From: Sarea resinae
Taxonomy: Eukaryota
Direction of reading: 5' to 3'
DNA: 64,000 nucleotides
Assembly (NCBI GenBank): GCA_026026165.1
Contig: JAPEUD010000031.1
Coordinates: forward strand, 124,001 to 188,000
In this document: positions 35,915 through 49,320 of the stretch, in pieces
How positions within the stretch are numbered: position 1 is the first letter of the stretch
How the letters are laid out: each line of letters begins with the position of its first letter
Notes under the pieces: generated by a model
The model's database searches: none
Seen by the model: only the letters and a program-made list of their open reading frames with translations
What the model was told of the DNA's origin: nothing
Translations under genes and position numbers: made by a program

Positions 35915-38067
35915 CTAATGCCCATTCGTGACCCCACCCGTGTTGCCGTTCAACCCCTCGATCAATTCCTTCAAGCCCATGACTTCTTGCCTCAACCGCC
36001 TGACCTCGCCCAATGTGGCATCTACCTCAACGTTCGGCGTCGACTCCCGAACTCGGCCTGCCCAGCCATCAACCTCCCAGTCGACTTCATCGGCCAACTG
36101 CTCCCATTCCTCCGTGGTATCATTGTCGTCCTCGCCGCGCTGACGATGCGCTTTGACCTCGTATGCTTCCCGGGTCTCCATCCAAGCGGTCAGGAGGAGG
36201 AGCGGGGAGTAGATGACGGCCATGACGTAGTCGTTGAGACGCTCGTAAGTGTGCTTGGACATCCACCATTCAAAGGGGATGATGAGGAAGAAAAGCTCGA
36301 TCAGGTTGAACGCTAAAAAAGAATAAATTAGTCGCATGACATCGGAAATTTGGGAGAAACTCACGGGCTAGGAAGACGTTCTCGTCGGGTGCTCGCACGA
36401 ATTGCATGGTCTTCTGAGAGAACTGTCCCGAGGTCAGTAGGTATTCATTAATATGGAAGAGAGACGCACCAGAGCCATGTATTCGTCAATGGCATTATCA
36501 GTAATGTCCTCGTATGCACTATTATACAGCGCAATGAGGATGTTGAGTAGGACTGCATCACGTCAGCTCCGCTCTTGATGCAAGTCCGGTGCTTCATATA
36601 CTCACCAACCATGACGATAAATGTGAATATGTAGTACAAAATCAAACCAAAAGGGGGCGCAAAGTTTTCAAAGCCAGAAAAGTCGGGGGCCTGCATGACG
36701 CTGTTCGCCATAGCTTGCAGGATGAACGTCGTGACGGTCGAGTTGTCGTCCACATGGTCCATTCCTATGAATGCCTGCAGAAAGCCAACAATGACGACCA
36801 CCAGCAGCGCGAAGAAGATCAGAGACTCCTTCATCATCACCTTCAACACCACCAACATGGCGCCAAAGAAGCGGAACGTGTCCAGATAAAGCAGGAGACG
36901 CATCCAGAACATCGGCGCGCTAAAGGCCAGGAAATTGTAGCTGAGCTGGTTGAAGTATCGTCTCCGACCGTCTTCGTCGTCGTCGATGGGATGACCCAGG
37001 GCAATCATGCGCGTAACGAATGAAACGGTCAAAAGCATGTACAAGGTGCTGTTGAAGACATTCCAAAAGCCAATGTAGTATCTCCCAATCTTCCAGAATT
37101 TGGCCGCTTCATCGCACATGAAGCCAAGCGTGAACAGATATAACAGGCCCTCGACAATGTCCAAGTCGCCGTGTGGATTGATGGTATTGATAGCACCGGT
37201 GTAGAGGCCGAGGTAGAAGAGCGAGAAAAAGATCTGTACAGCATTCTGATACACGGGTGCTCGCATTCTATCCGGAACGAAGTGAGCCCAGTAGTTCGTG
37301 TTTGTCTTCTGCTTGTAGTCGATAAAGGTCGAAGGGTCGGCTTCGTCCTGGACGAGCCAGCCGCGCCAGAGGTATTGTATGCATTTCTGGTACCCAGAGG
37401 AGGCGATCACTCGAAGTGCATGCAGGTCGACAGACCGCTCGATCACGTTCGCGGGGAGGGTCTCACTGCCGCCTCGGACGATGGAGTAACGCCGCAAGAG
37501 AATTTCTTGCAGCAGATAGTCCTGGTCTTCCTCCGACTCGATCCTACCCGCTGTCAGCAACGCTTCCATTCGCACGGATCGGGACGCACAGCTGCTTGGC
37601 AATTATCTCACACGCCGTGGCCCGGCCCTCATGCAGGTCCGCATCCCACAGCTCCAATAGAGCCTGACGCTTGAACCACCGCAGACAGACCAGCAGACCG
37701 TAGACCACACATGCTCTGTATTCTTCCCCACCGGCTTCCCTCGCCGTCTGGATGACCGACCGCGTGATGATCGGACTGTGAGCCTTCTCGATCTGCGACT
37801 GCTCCAGTTCGCATGGGACGACCCGTTCGATCTGGTATCTCAGCCGCAGCGCGACTTTGGTGACTTCGGCGGGAGGAATCGAGGAGGGGATTACGTCATG
37901 GCTGCTGCTCGGGAGGACTATGAAGGGTCAATCGATGCATGGCGGTGGCGGTGATTGCAATTGAGGTGGTCCGAAGGGTCAGAGAACATACGCTGCCGGA
38001 TCTCATCGCCGTAATGGCGCCCGTCCCGTCCACCGTCCAGGGCGAACAACCTCTTCCATTGCACCAT
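35915..38067 (-). CDS. YVC1: Vacuolar TRP-family cation channel Yvc1 (multi-exon)
   Basis: VTKVALRLRYQIERVVPCE, ELWDADLH, RMRAPVYQN, FSAPMFWMRLLLYLD, FFGAMLVVLKVMMKES, FAPPFG, VRAPDENVF, multiple transmembrane helices. Confidence 0.93.
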
Positions 38068-38739
38068 GGCCGTTGACTGGAAGCCGAGTCCACCGTCTGC
38101 CCGCAATCAGAGGATCAATCGAGAGACAAGGTCGATGGCAGTGATCTTCTTCAACCAAGAGAAGAGAAGAACAGATGGGAGGGAGTGGAAGTTGGAAGGA
38201 GACGGGCTTTGTCACTTGTTCCAACTTTTGGCGGGTTCATGCCTGTTGACAGCCGTCATAGCTGTCGCCGTCTACTCTTTCGCTGTTGCTACAACTCCTT
38301 CGTATCTTGCTTGGCTGATGACAGATCGTTGCCGGCATTAGCGCTCCATTCGCTGTTTCTACCCCATGATGTTGACTGTTTACCCGTCTTTATACCCTCC
38401 ATAACTTCTCCAACTACCCCAATGTTGGGGTTCGTCTACTGCCTTTTCCTGCGTATTTACACCACATGTGCTAATCACATATTCTAATCACATATTCTAA
38501 TCACTCCGTGAAGACAATTGTTACTCCAACGCCATGAAGACCCAGCTGCCGCGCCGTGATGGAGTCCATCGGGAAGAAAATCGTATATATCAGACGCCTT
38601 GCCGTGCTGTCGAAGTCTTCTCTTCCAAGACCACCCACATGCCTCATTGTCCCATTGTCGCGATTACATACTTTTCTTCTAAGGCTCGAATTCGGTGATT
38701 GAAAGAGCCCAGCAACTTCACCCGTCATCTTTTCTCAAT

Positions 38740-39837
38740 ATGTCTTTACAGACGGTGTTTCGCCTTACTACCAGAGACGGCTTCGATGGCCTTCAGGCGT
38801 TCACGGAGCCAGTTCCCACCATCGGAAAAGATGAGGTTCTCATCAAGGTGCGCAGTGTCGCATTGAATTACCGCGACATTGCCATTGCGACCTCGACATA
38901 TCCGCTTCCAGTCAAAGATAATGTGATTCCGTGCTCAGACATGGCTGGTACCGTTGCTCAAGTGGGGCCTCTCGTTGGCAGGTTTGCCGTCGGCGAACCG
39001 GTCCTTGCCCCAATCAATCCTTCGCTGCTGTACGGCCCTTCGAATGACGCCTCCGCCTCCGACACCTTTGGCGGGCCAAGCGACGGCGTGCTCAGGGAAT
39101 ACGTGGTGCTGCCGGAACATGCCATCATCAAGCTGCCTCGGTCTTCTTCGCACAGCTTCACGCAATGGGCTGCTATGGTGGGGACTGGTTCGACGGTGTG
39201 GAACGCCTTTTACGGCAATATGCCGTTGAAGCTGGGTCAAACGGTGCTGCTTCTTGGTATGATTGTATAGATTCAGGCAAAAAGAAGCGTCAACTTACCA
39301 TCCATAGGGACCGGAGGGGTTTCCTTGACGGCTCTCATCTTTGCCAAAGCTGCTGGGGCAACCACCATCATCACGTCGTCCAGCGACGAGAAGCTCGAAT
39401 ACGTGAAATCCAAGTTCGGCGTCGACTATACGATCAACTACAAGACGCATCCCGACTGGGCTGCTGAGGTGCAGCGCATCACCAGCGGTCAGGGCGTAGA
39501 CCACATCATAGAGGTTGGCGGTGTGGGGACGATTCAGCAAAGCCTCGAGTGCGTTGCGTACGGAGGGATCGTTTCTGTAATTGGGTTCTTGACAGCCATC
39601 TCTCCAGACAAGATGCCGAATGTGACCATGTTAACACTGCTCAAAGGCTGCATCTTTCGTGGGATACTGGCAGGGTCGAAGCAGCAACTCGAGGAGGCGG
39701 TTAAATTCATGGGCAGTCATGAATTGATGATGCCCGTGGACAAAACATTTGGCTTCAATCGGGATGACGTGATTGCGGCTCTGAAATATGTCGCATCCGG
39801 CCAACACATTGGTAAAGTCTGCATCAATCTGGACTAG
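38740..39837 (+). CDS. Medium-chain dehydrogenase/reductase, zinc-independent (MDR7 / quinone-reductase-like)
   Basis: EVLIKVRSVALNYRD and PCSDMAG (catalytic Zn ligands absent), G|TGGVS nucleotide-binding motif across the intron ~39257-39308, TSSSDEKL, GVDHIIEVGG, HIGKVCI. Confidence 0.9.
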
Positions 39838-41974
39838 TATTCGATAGAAGTTGGAGACTAGCTCCAATGACGTTATCAATCTCAAGAATATGAACGCCTT
39901 GGAAGATTTGAGCCCAGAGCTCGACCACTGTCCCAGCCATGCGTTGGAAGTGCGATGCATCGTCTTCGGGAAAATCCAGCGTTTCGGCGAGGCACGTCTC
40001 TTTGATGATTCCAGTGATGGTTCTCAGAAGCTTCCTCTCGACGTCTTGTAGCCCGTCAGTGCCACCAGATTTTATCGCCGTTGAAATCATCTCAAGCCAG
40101 GTCTTGAGAAGCAAGGCGCATTCGAGACTACACAGCGAATGCTCAATGTTCCAGAGCGGTGTCTTGGTGAGGGCCATAAACGCAATTCCTTGACGTACTG
40201 GTATGCTCAAAGCATGTGCAGCGTGGAGGATGGCTTTATCGACGCGCAGCCCCCTGTTCAGAGGTGACCTTTTACCCGTTATGTATTGCGGATCTCTTGA
40301 GAGGAGCACTCGACACGGGCCGGGGTCGGGATTATTCAAACGAATATAGGCAAGTCGAAGCAGAGCAGTTGCGGTGAGCCCGAATGGTCCATTAGGTGAT
40401 AATGGATCAAGAGTGGACTCATGGGTGGCCTCCCAGGATGATTGCCAAGTGCGAAGCGCGGTTTCGAAGTGATTGACGGCGTCCAGCCGCAGCGATCCCA
40501 TAGACCCATAGCGGTCGATATATATCTGCTGAAGCAGCCCGTGAATGAGCAGGTAATTTGAATACGATGACACACTTGCATCTTTAGAGATTCCAGTGCC
40601 GTCAAAGAGAGAGCGGAGCCCTTCCTGGAAATGACATTCGACTTGACGAGTAGCCTGGCGCCATTGCGCTGCATTCTTTGATTTCCATGGCTCTGCATAA
40701 CAAGGCAAGCAAATGCCAACTTCATGGTTCAAGATTAGCGGCGGAGTGTTGAAGGCAATACTGTGCAAGTTGAATAGCACGTATGCAGCAAATAACGTTC
40801 TTCGCCTTTCCTCAACAGCGACCCACGATAACCAGTCAACGTCCTCTGGCATTTCATCCGATTCTGAAATTCCACTCTGCCTCACCAGCACAGCCAGCTG
40901 ACCGCCCATTGATAATGCATCTGGTAGGATTTCCTTGTCTGCCCATGACGAGAAAGAGATCAGCAAGACGAGCGTTTGCATCTTTCCCAGATCGTTGCTT
41001 TTGTTTCGAGTTGAAAGGCTTTGTCCAAATACCAAGTCTGCTATCTGGAGGCTCTCACGACGAGTTTTCTCCAACAAAATTGCCTTGGCCATGAAATATA
41101 GCTCATAATATTTGGGGTATTCAAATAGGTACAGTGATCCGAGCGCAGCCATTGCCAACAATAGCTCGACGTCCTTTTGCTCAAACGAAAATGTTGCAGG
41201 ATGGATGACTGGAAGAAACTCTTGTGCACATCTAATGTATTTTTCCAGATACCGGATTAAGGTGTTCCTAGAAGGCAATGAGCATCCACTTGGAAGTGAT
41301 TCCGAGTAGTTTTGTACTCCAAGACAGAATCTGTCATAATCAGACCCGGTAATGGACCACGGCTCAACGTTGATACCCGTAGTGCCTTCAGCTTGATCCT
41401 CCTCGGCTTCATTCCCCGCGTCGTCCTGAATGTCGTCTAACGAGGGAAGGCGAGAGATGAACTGGGAAAGACTGCTCGTACGTGGACGCTGGATGCTTCG
41501 CCGCGTATTGATGGACGGGAAGTCGGAAACAAAGAGTGTGGCCGGCAGATCGTCTTGCGTCATCATGTTGGGGTCCCAAGAGAGATTGAAATCAAGATCA
41601 CTCATAGCCACTTCGGCGGTATCGTAGATCATTGGTGCCTGCACAACGTCTGCAGGAGGTTGTGGGATGTGAGAGAGTGAGGAGTGCGTTGACCTGACAT
41701 GGCGCGCTAGAAGGTCTCTGCATCAATGTTGAGCACATATTAGCTAGCACGATGAAACACGTCTGCCTGCTCACTGTCTTGTGAAGCTTTGTCCGCAGTG
41801 GCAGGCGAATGGCTTCTCATGCGTGTCTGCGAGCGGCATTAGAGATACCGATACCTGCTGTACTGGGTCCATCTTACGGGTGCGTTCATGCCGCAGTAAA
41901 TGCTCCTGGCGTTTGAACTGCTTACTGCAGTATTGGCATGGCGCGACCACGGTCCTGGGTCGGCCTGGAGGCAT
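39824..41974 (-). CDS. C2H2 zinc-finger transcription factor with fungal-specific TF middle domain
   Basis: Spliced N-terminus MPPGRPRTVVAPCQYCSKQFKRQEHLLRHERTH THEKPFACHCGQSFTRQ DLLARH (two fingers). The 606-aa last-exon ORF has FLPVIHPATF, LLLAMAALG, WLSWVAVEERRR and LLRLAYIRL. Confidence 0.9.
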
Positions 41975-43630
41975 TGGCGGAAATTGCTCCGGAAGAGCAA
42001 ATCTTTCTGGACACTGTCGTTCACACAACGACCAGCAATGAAAGCAAGAGATCAAGGGCGCTGTCTCATTGACACGAGGGGGAAAACCAGAAGGCAGAAG
42101 GATGGAGGGAGGTGGACGATGTTCGGCTGATGACAAATACAAACATCAATAGATGCACTTGGAGTCGACGGGACCGTTGTGCAGCAACACTGACACTGAC
42201 ATCATATATCAACACAATGGAAACAAACACCAAGTGAATGCTTCACCTCCACCTTCACTACTCCACCCACCGCATTCGAATCCTCATCAGAGCAAATCTT
42301 TTTGTGTCTATATGGATGCGTTTACATCTCTTGATTCTTAACCAGGGGACCACGTAGTCGAGTGGTCAGGATGCCAGCTTCTAGCAACTGTACGGAGTAC
42401 TGATAAATCCAACCAATATAGCTCGGCCGGACTATCCATCATTCACCACGCAGCCACGCTCCCACTCGCCCTACAGCACCGCTCTACCAGACATGATCTG
42501 TAGGCCCGTCCAATGATCTTGATTGACCTCTAACCTAAATCTGACCCTTCCCGGCCAGATCAAGACAGCAAGCCCTAGCTCCAGTTGCAGATGCTTTCAG
42601 CGTCTTGCAGTAATAATATCCATGGGATATACTGGTGCCGCCTTCGGGCCCTTTACAGCTTTGCTCGTTACAGGATAAGTCCTCTGGGATGGTTGCGATA
42701 TCGGTTGTAGAGAGATCAAGCTGTAGAAACAGTAGTGGAGGTACAAAGGCTTTCGGTGAGTGCATATATCCATTCGACGGGTGGTTCCCTGGGTTCTTTT
42801 TTGCGGATTCCTGGGCTTGAATGAGACTCTAGCAGTGGCCTTCAGAGTGAGCGCCTTACAGTGCAGTGTATATAGTCGAGTCGCTTTCTACAGTCCAGAT
42901 AATAGACATTACCTAGGTAAGGTAGATAGATGATCAAAGGAATTCAAATAGCTGCAATGGGTATGCTTCACTTAGCACCCTTCCTCGGCCTCGAAATCAA
43001 ATATCCCAGCTCTCTATCTTCAATTCCACCTCCGCAATGACTCGCCGCCAATAGCTCCCTCTTGAATTCATTCATTGGAGCTCTGCTCCGGGAAAAACAT
43101 CCAACTAACGAGTACATGAGCATACGATTACAGGCAGCGTGCAGCGCCGCCACATCTTCCTATAATGCCAGAAAGACTGACTCAATGATACAGACATCTC
43201 AGCTGCAGCCACCACAGGGAAAATCTTTCTGCATAAGAATAGAGGAAGCGCCGAACCAGCAGCCCAAGGCGCTCAATCCCACCTAGGCCTTCCACACGCC
43301 GCAACACCGTCGACCACAAGGGATGTCTAAAACCTACTATGATGAATGACATCGAGGTAAAGACAGCCGGGGTGAGCATGCCATATACTCTGGTGGAGTA
43401 TCTGGCGGCATAAGCCGGGCAGTGACGATAAGAGAGAGAAAGAAGAGAAGAACTCCAAAACGTTGCATCTCCAACAACTCACCGAGAAAAAGGAAATACA
43501 TCACACAATAATTCATACCCAACGAGAGCCTCATCTCTCTATCGCCTCTTTCTACCAAAAGCCGCCCAATAGGGCAGGAACGCGCCAACGAACAAACAAC
43601 CCACGGCATCTCAAGAGAGAGAAAACCGCA

Positions 43631-44799
43631 TCACTTCTTCAGCACCGCCTCATAGACACTCGTCAAAGCACCAATTGCCGCTCCGATCAAGACTCCACGA
43701 TACCCCCCGGGCATGGCACCATCGACTCTGACGGCGCTCTCGTCGCCTACGTATCCGCCAAATGTGACGCCTTGTCCATACACCAGATATGTCACAAGCG
43801 CTTTGACGATATTGAAAGTAAGCGGATCGAACTGCTTCACGTGGTTAGTTGCCCCGCGCGTTGCATGAGAAGGCTTCGTCTGAAGCGTGAGGTTGAAGAA
43901 ATAGGCAAATCCCAATGGCGCAAACAGGCTCGTCGTCAACCATAGCGTGAATGGCGCCCAAAAAGAGCTCGTCAACAACAGGAAAAAGTCCAAGATCTTG
44001 ACAGGGTAGTCGGACTTCAAGCCTATAGCGGGCACGGCGGGGATGCTGAATGCGTAGCGCGAGGGAAGAATTTCAGAACGCAAGAACCAGAGCTCCGTAA
44101 GCAGAATGACAGCTTCGACGCTGACGGCGCTACTAAGAGTTTCGCGGATGTCATCTGCATGGTCGCTCACACCAGCCTTGGACCACAGAGAGCTAATTTT
44201 GGTGCGCATGGTGGCAGTATTGCGCTCGATTACGTCGGTGACGACAGCCGGGGAGGGCGGGAGGGGTACTGATGCCGGGAAGGAGAGGCTGGAGCGCGGT
44301 GTGCGCGTCGTCAGGGCGCTCCTGATACGATCCGGGGTGGATTCATCGCTGCAGCGCGTCGTGTTATAACCACATATCATTTCAAGATGAACAAAGACAA
44401 TCAAAACTTACGTCGTCGGCTCAATTTCTTCCTTGGCTTTGGTCACTCTCCTGGCTCTCGGCTTCACCGACTTGGGCTCGCCGTCCGAAGCGGGCGCAGC
44501 AGTCTCCCTTTTGACCGGTGACGAAGGTGACGCGATGCGCTTGTAGAAAGGCGCGAGAGTGGAGTTTTGCGACAGTGTGGACTGGTTGGAGCGCATATGT
44601 TCATCCAGCGCAGCGGCCAGGTCGTCTTTCTTCAGCCCTTCATATCTAAAAGCGATTTAGCAAATGTGCGCATTTCCGTGTTTACAAGCTCGCACGCGGC
44701 GCGTCTGGGGCATCATTACGATTTCAGGCCAACCTTCTCGGCCAATTCGGTCAGATCGGACTTGCGCTGCTTCTGCAGCCATGAAGGGACGCCGGACAT
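43631..44799 (-). CDS. Conserved fungal membrane protein (helical N-terminal domain, low-complexity linker, 3-4 C-terminal TM helices)
   Basis: Three exons splice to MSGVPSWLQKQRKSDLTELAEKVGLK..YEGLKKDDL..SPVKRE..DFFLLLTSSFWAPFTLW..FDPLTFNIVKAL..YEAVLKK. Confidence 0.75.
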
Positions 44800-45669
44800 G
44801 TTTGTAGCAGACGAATATACAGTCGCGTGGATATGAGGAGAAGAACGAGTATATTTGAAGGTGTGTGGTATATGGAGAGGATGAATGTTGATGGGGCATA
44901 AGACGGGGGGGTGAGGGGGGGGGTGTGTGTTGCGGGAGGTCGGTGTGGAATGGAGATGTGATGGGCGGTTATGGGCACAACAACAGTGGAGCGCGGCCGA
45001 CAGTCTGTTGTTTTGGGTCTGGGGAACTCTATCGGGCGAGTCTATGCCGGATGGGGGAGTGATACGTCGGGGCGCGTTGTCATCGATCAGGAACACCACA
45101 CGTGATTTTTTCCTATTATTTTTAATTAATCTTGATCTTCTTCAGGCTTGAAGCCATTATAAGGGCCTGGAACAATTGGTCTTCTCCACCACAAAACATC
45201 GACGCGCTTTCGGACGAAAGTGTTTATTGCGCTGTCAAGTCTCAAGGGAACCTGAAGTCCCTCGGGCCTGGAGATCCCTCGGATACGGTGAGATAGACGA
45301 GCAAGAGTACTGAGTACTACCCCTCAGTACTATAAGCAGTGTTGCGCACCGGTATTGAAGACTTGATGGTAAATACGGGGAACGACTTGGACAGAATTAC
45401 GTCTTTTGTCATCTCTGACCTGAATTTGATGAAATTCAATCAATTACTCGAAACTGGGCACACGACACCCATCCCCCCCCCGGCACCATTCGCGAACCAT
45501 ACACTTGCTCTTTCGTTGATTGCTTGAGATATCAGTCGTTTGTTGGTCTCTCAATTTCAACGTAGCCCTGCCCGGCCCATCGAGAGGGAGGCCGCTGTCC
45601 AAGCCTCCCTCATCTCCGTCTCTTCCGAGTCCAGTGCCGTTGGATGGGCCAACCCAGTGATCACAGAGA

Positions 45670-46994
45670 ATGGACGTCAAACGAATACCACTGACTGATA
45701 ATGTGTCGAGGAAACGAAAGCGAGACGGCCGAGATATGGGTGGAGAAGGACCAGAAACGGAGACGGAGACGGAAGGAAGACCGCCATACCTACATGTGAG
45801 CTTCTCTTCAAGCGCAATGCCGTCCCCATTGCGCGGGCCGCTGGCACGACGTTCTGATTCACGCTTTTTTAGTCAATGATAGCGGGTGGGATTGGCGGAA
45901 CCACGGGAGATCTTCTCATGCACTCGTTGGACACGGTAAAGACGCGGCAGCAGGGCGATCCACATGTTCCGCCCAAATACACGTCGATGGGCTCTTCGTA
46001 TGCCAAAATCTTTCGACAAGAGGGCGTAAGACGGGGGCTGTATAGTGGAGTGACACCGGCCTTTTTGGGCTCTTTTCCAGGCACCATAATATTCTTCGGC
46101 ACGTATGAATTCAGCAAGCGGCATATGATCGACTCAGGCATAAGTCCTTCATTAGCATACCTAAGTGCTGGTAAAGATCCTCGGAGCAACTTTTATTGAG
46201 CTCTGACTGATGTCGATTTAGGATTTCTTGCCGACTTTGCTGCTTCTTTCGTCTACGTCCCATCCGAAGTACTGAAAACTCGACTTCAGCTCCAAGGCCG
46301 CTATAACAATCCTTTCTTCAAGTCTGGATACAATTACCGCTCGACGCTGGATGCAGCCCGGACTATCATCCGACAAGAGGGATTCTCGGCTCTTTTCTAC
46401 GGCTATAAGGCGACCATCTTTCGCGATTTACCTTTCTCAGCATTGCAGTTTGCTTTCTACGAGCAGGAACAGGACTGGGCGAAGCAATGGATGGGGAGTA
46501 AAAACATTGGTCTTCCGTTGGAAGTTCTTACTGGCGCAACGGCAGGAGGAATGGCCGGGGTCATCACTTGTCCTCTAGACGTCGTCAAGACTCGCATCCA
46601 AACACAACTCAATCCGATAGACGAGCCGGCACCGCTCAGCGTGAAAGATGCCACACACAACTCCAATCCACCGGGAACTGCCCCCTCGAGACCATCTACG
46701 ACGTGTCGAGGATCCTCTTCTCACCAGCAAAATCGGCTCATCTCAACCTCATCGCCGTCTACCTACACCCGAAAACCAGGAGCCATCAACCTGGATACCT
46801 CGTCCGTGTTTACCGGATTGAAGATCATCTATAAAACCGAGGGTCTTGCCGGCTGGTTTCGGGGCGTGGCACCTCGCTTTGTCTGGACCAGCGTGCAAAG
46901 CGGGACGATGCTGGTTCTCTACCAAGAAATACTGCGACAGCTCGAGTCCCATTCAATCATAGCAGCTACAGGTGACGGGCATTCCGGGGGTTAA
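45670..46994 (+). CDS. MME1: Mitochondrial carrier (SLC25), Mme1/YMR166C-like Mg2+ exporter
   Basis: Three carrier repeats: [13 protein letters not shown] (typical of Mme1), [25 protein letters not shown]. Two introns. Confidence 0.8.
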
Positions 46995-47703
46995 AGCCCG
47001 AGACTCTCCTCTTTTTTCTTTCTTGTGAATATATTTGTTGGGATTGCATCGCTCGGCACTGCTGATAAGCATGGCAAGGTTCGAGTTGCATATATGCATG
47101 CATCGAATGGAGTTTCAGCGTTTTCCGTGGCGGGGTTTTGGAGCCATCATAGACTTCCGATAGAGTAGCTCTGATTTCCTTTGTTCGAGCTGTATAGTAG
47201 AAGTGTAAAACAGAGACCAAACAACATCGATGCCTCCTCTCAGGTAGCCTCTTTCTCTCATAGTAAATTAGATTGCTACTTGTAGAAGTAGTGGCGGAGT
47301 GGAGACGAGTGGTGTCGAACTGGAAGTCAATCAGAGTCGCAAGTCTCGGCATTCTCCAAGTACTGGCCCCACCGCGGGTAACCCTGCAAGGCACCACGGC
47401 GGGAGGTACAGAGGTACAAGGCGTCAAATAATGTCGGGTGCGAGGTGTGAAAGAACGAAAGTGTGAATTGTGCAGTGTGAGCCACACGACGATAGACAGA
47501 CTCAACGCCTCTTCCACAATCTTCATACCCCATCCATCACTCTGCTCCGACCGCAGATATTTACATCAGCCACCGAGAAGATATCAGCTCTTCTCTGTCT
47601 GGGCTCACATCTTCTGCGCAGACGCTGCTTCAGCTTGATCGCCTTTCTCGAGACCCCACCTTTAGCGGAATTCCAACTCAGCACACCGCGATACACCGCC
47701 ATC

Positions 47704-48808
47704 ATGTCGTTAACCAATTGTCGCTTCTACGAGGAGAAGTTCCCGGAGATCGATAGCTTCGTCATGGTGAACGTCAAGCAGGTCAGTTGTAAAATATGAT
47801 GCGCAGGTCCGGCCTTTGTTCTGACGAAAAATAGATCGCCGAGATGGGCGCGTACGTCAAGCTCTTGGAATACGACAACATCGACGGCATGATCTTGCTC
47901 AGCGAACTGTCGAGACGTCGTATAAGAAGTATCCAGAAGCTGATTCGAGTCGGCCGGAACGAGGTGGTGGTCGTGCTTCGAGTGGACAAGGAGAAGGGTG
48001 GGTGGTTTTCGCCCCTCACCCCCCATGGCATCATTGAAACGAGACTGACCTTTTTTCTCCAGGCTACATTGATCTGTCCAAGCGCCGAGTCTCGCCTGAA
48101 GATGTCATCAAGTGTGAGGAGCGATACAACAAGAGCAAGATGGTGCATTCGATCCTGCGACACGTGGCCGAGAAGACGAAGACGCCCGTCGAGGAGCTCT
48201 ACCAGACCATCGGATGGCCCTTGAATCGCAAATACGGCCATGCCGTCGATGCGTTCAAGCTGTCTATAACGTAGGTTATAGCGCATTCATGTAGCTTCCT
48301 CCTCTTGCTGACTCGAAATCCTAGAAACCCGGACGTCTGGACCGACATCACCTTCATCAACGACCACGTCAAGGAAGAACTCTTCTCGTACATTGGCAAG
48401 CGACTGACGCCGCAGCCGACCAAGGTGCGCGCAGACGTCGAAGTGACGTGCTTCGGCTACGAGGGCATCGACGCGGTCAAGTCGGCGCTGCGCATGGGCG
48501 AGGCCAAGAACACGGCGGAGAACCAAGTCAAAGTCAAGCTGGTGTCGCCGCCGCTGTACGTGCTGACGTCGCAGTGCATCGACAAGACGGCCGGCATCGC
48601 GATGCTCGAGGAGGCCATCAAGGACATCGAGAGACACATCAAGGCGGCCGGTGGCGGCTGCATCGTCAAGATGGCGCCCAAGGCCGTGACCGAGAACGAC
48701 GACGCCGAGCTGCAGGCCCTGATGGACAAGAAGGAGCGCGAGAACCAGGAGGTCAGCGGCGACGAGAGCATGAGCGATAGCGACGAGGGCGTCGTCGAGG
48801 CCGTTTAG
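47704..48808 (+). CDS. SUI2: Translation initiation factor eIF2 alpha (4 exons)
   Basis: [33 protein letters not shown] (Ser51 site), [28 protein letters not shown]. Confidence 0.97.
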
Positions 48809-49149
48809 ATCGGACGCTCTGAATGAGAATGATGTATGCGGTGGGATAGTTAGAACTGCGGCTGGAGCTGGTGCGGCCTGTGAGGGGGACGTGATCCTCT
48901 TCATCGTTTTCCTCGTCCTCGATCACGAATCATGCATGTAGAAAGAAAGAGAAACGCAAACGAAAGTAGAATGTCGGGCGCGGAAATCTAACGAGTCGAA
49001 TTCAATCAAAAGCTTTTCTATTTTTCCTCGTCGGTCCGTCCATTGTAGGAGCAAGGGAGCAAGTGATTCAACAGGTAAATTAATAAAATACTTTCAAACC
49101 TTTGCCACTATATCTTGTTATATCTTGTAAACCCCGTTCAGACATCTAA

Positions 49150-49320
49150 TCTCCCCTCCCCTTCTCTCTTCCCCCTTTCCTCTCTTTCTCTTTGTCACTG
49201 TCTCTGTCTCTCTCCCTTTCTCTTTCCCTCCTCCCATCTGACTCCCTCTCTCTCTCTCCCTCTCTCCCTCTTCTCTGTTCTCTTTCTCTCACACACTCTT
49301 CCCCCTCTCTTTACCTTACT
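49150..49320. repeat. CT-rich polypyrimidine low-complexity tract
   Basis: ~170 bp almost entirely C/T on the plus strand, between the convergent SUI2 and PRS1 3' ends. Confidence 0.85.

Noticed and set aside
38740..43400. Secondary-metabolite cluster
   Set aside because: No PKS, NRPS, terpene synthase or transporter nearby; only a reductase and a TF.
47470..47703. Open in-frame stretch upstream of the SUI2 ATG
   Set aside because: Non-ATG start and the conserved eIF2-alpha N-terminus begins at 47704; nothing else supports an extension.
48287..48904. 205-aa antisense ORF over SUI2
   Set aside because: Artefact of high GC3 codon bias in the last eIF2-alpha exon.
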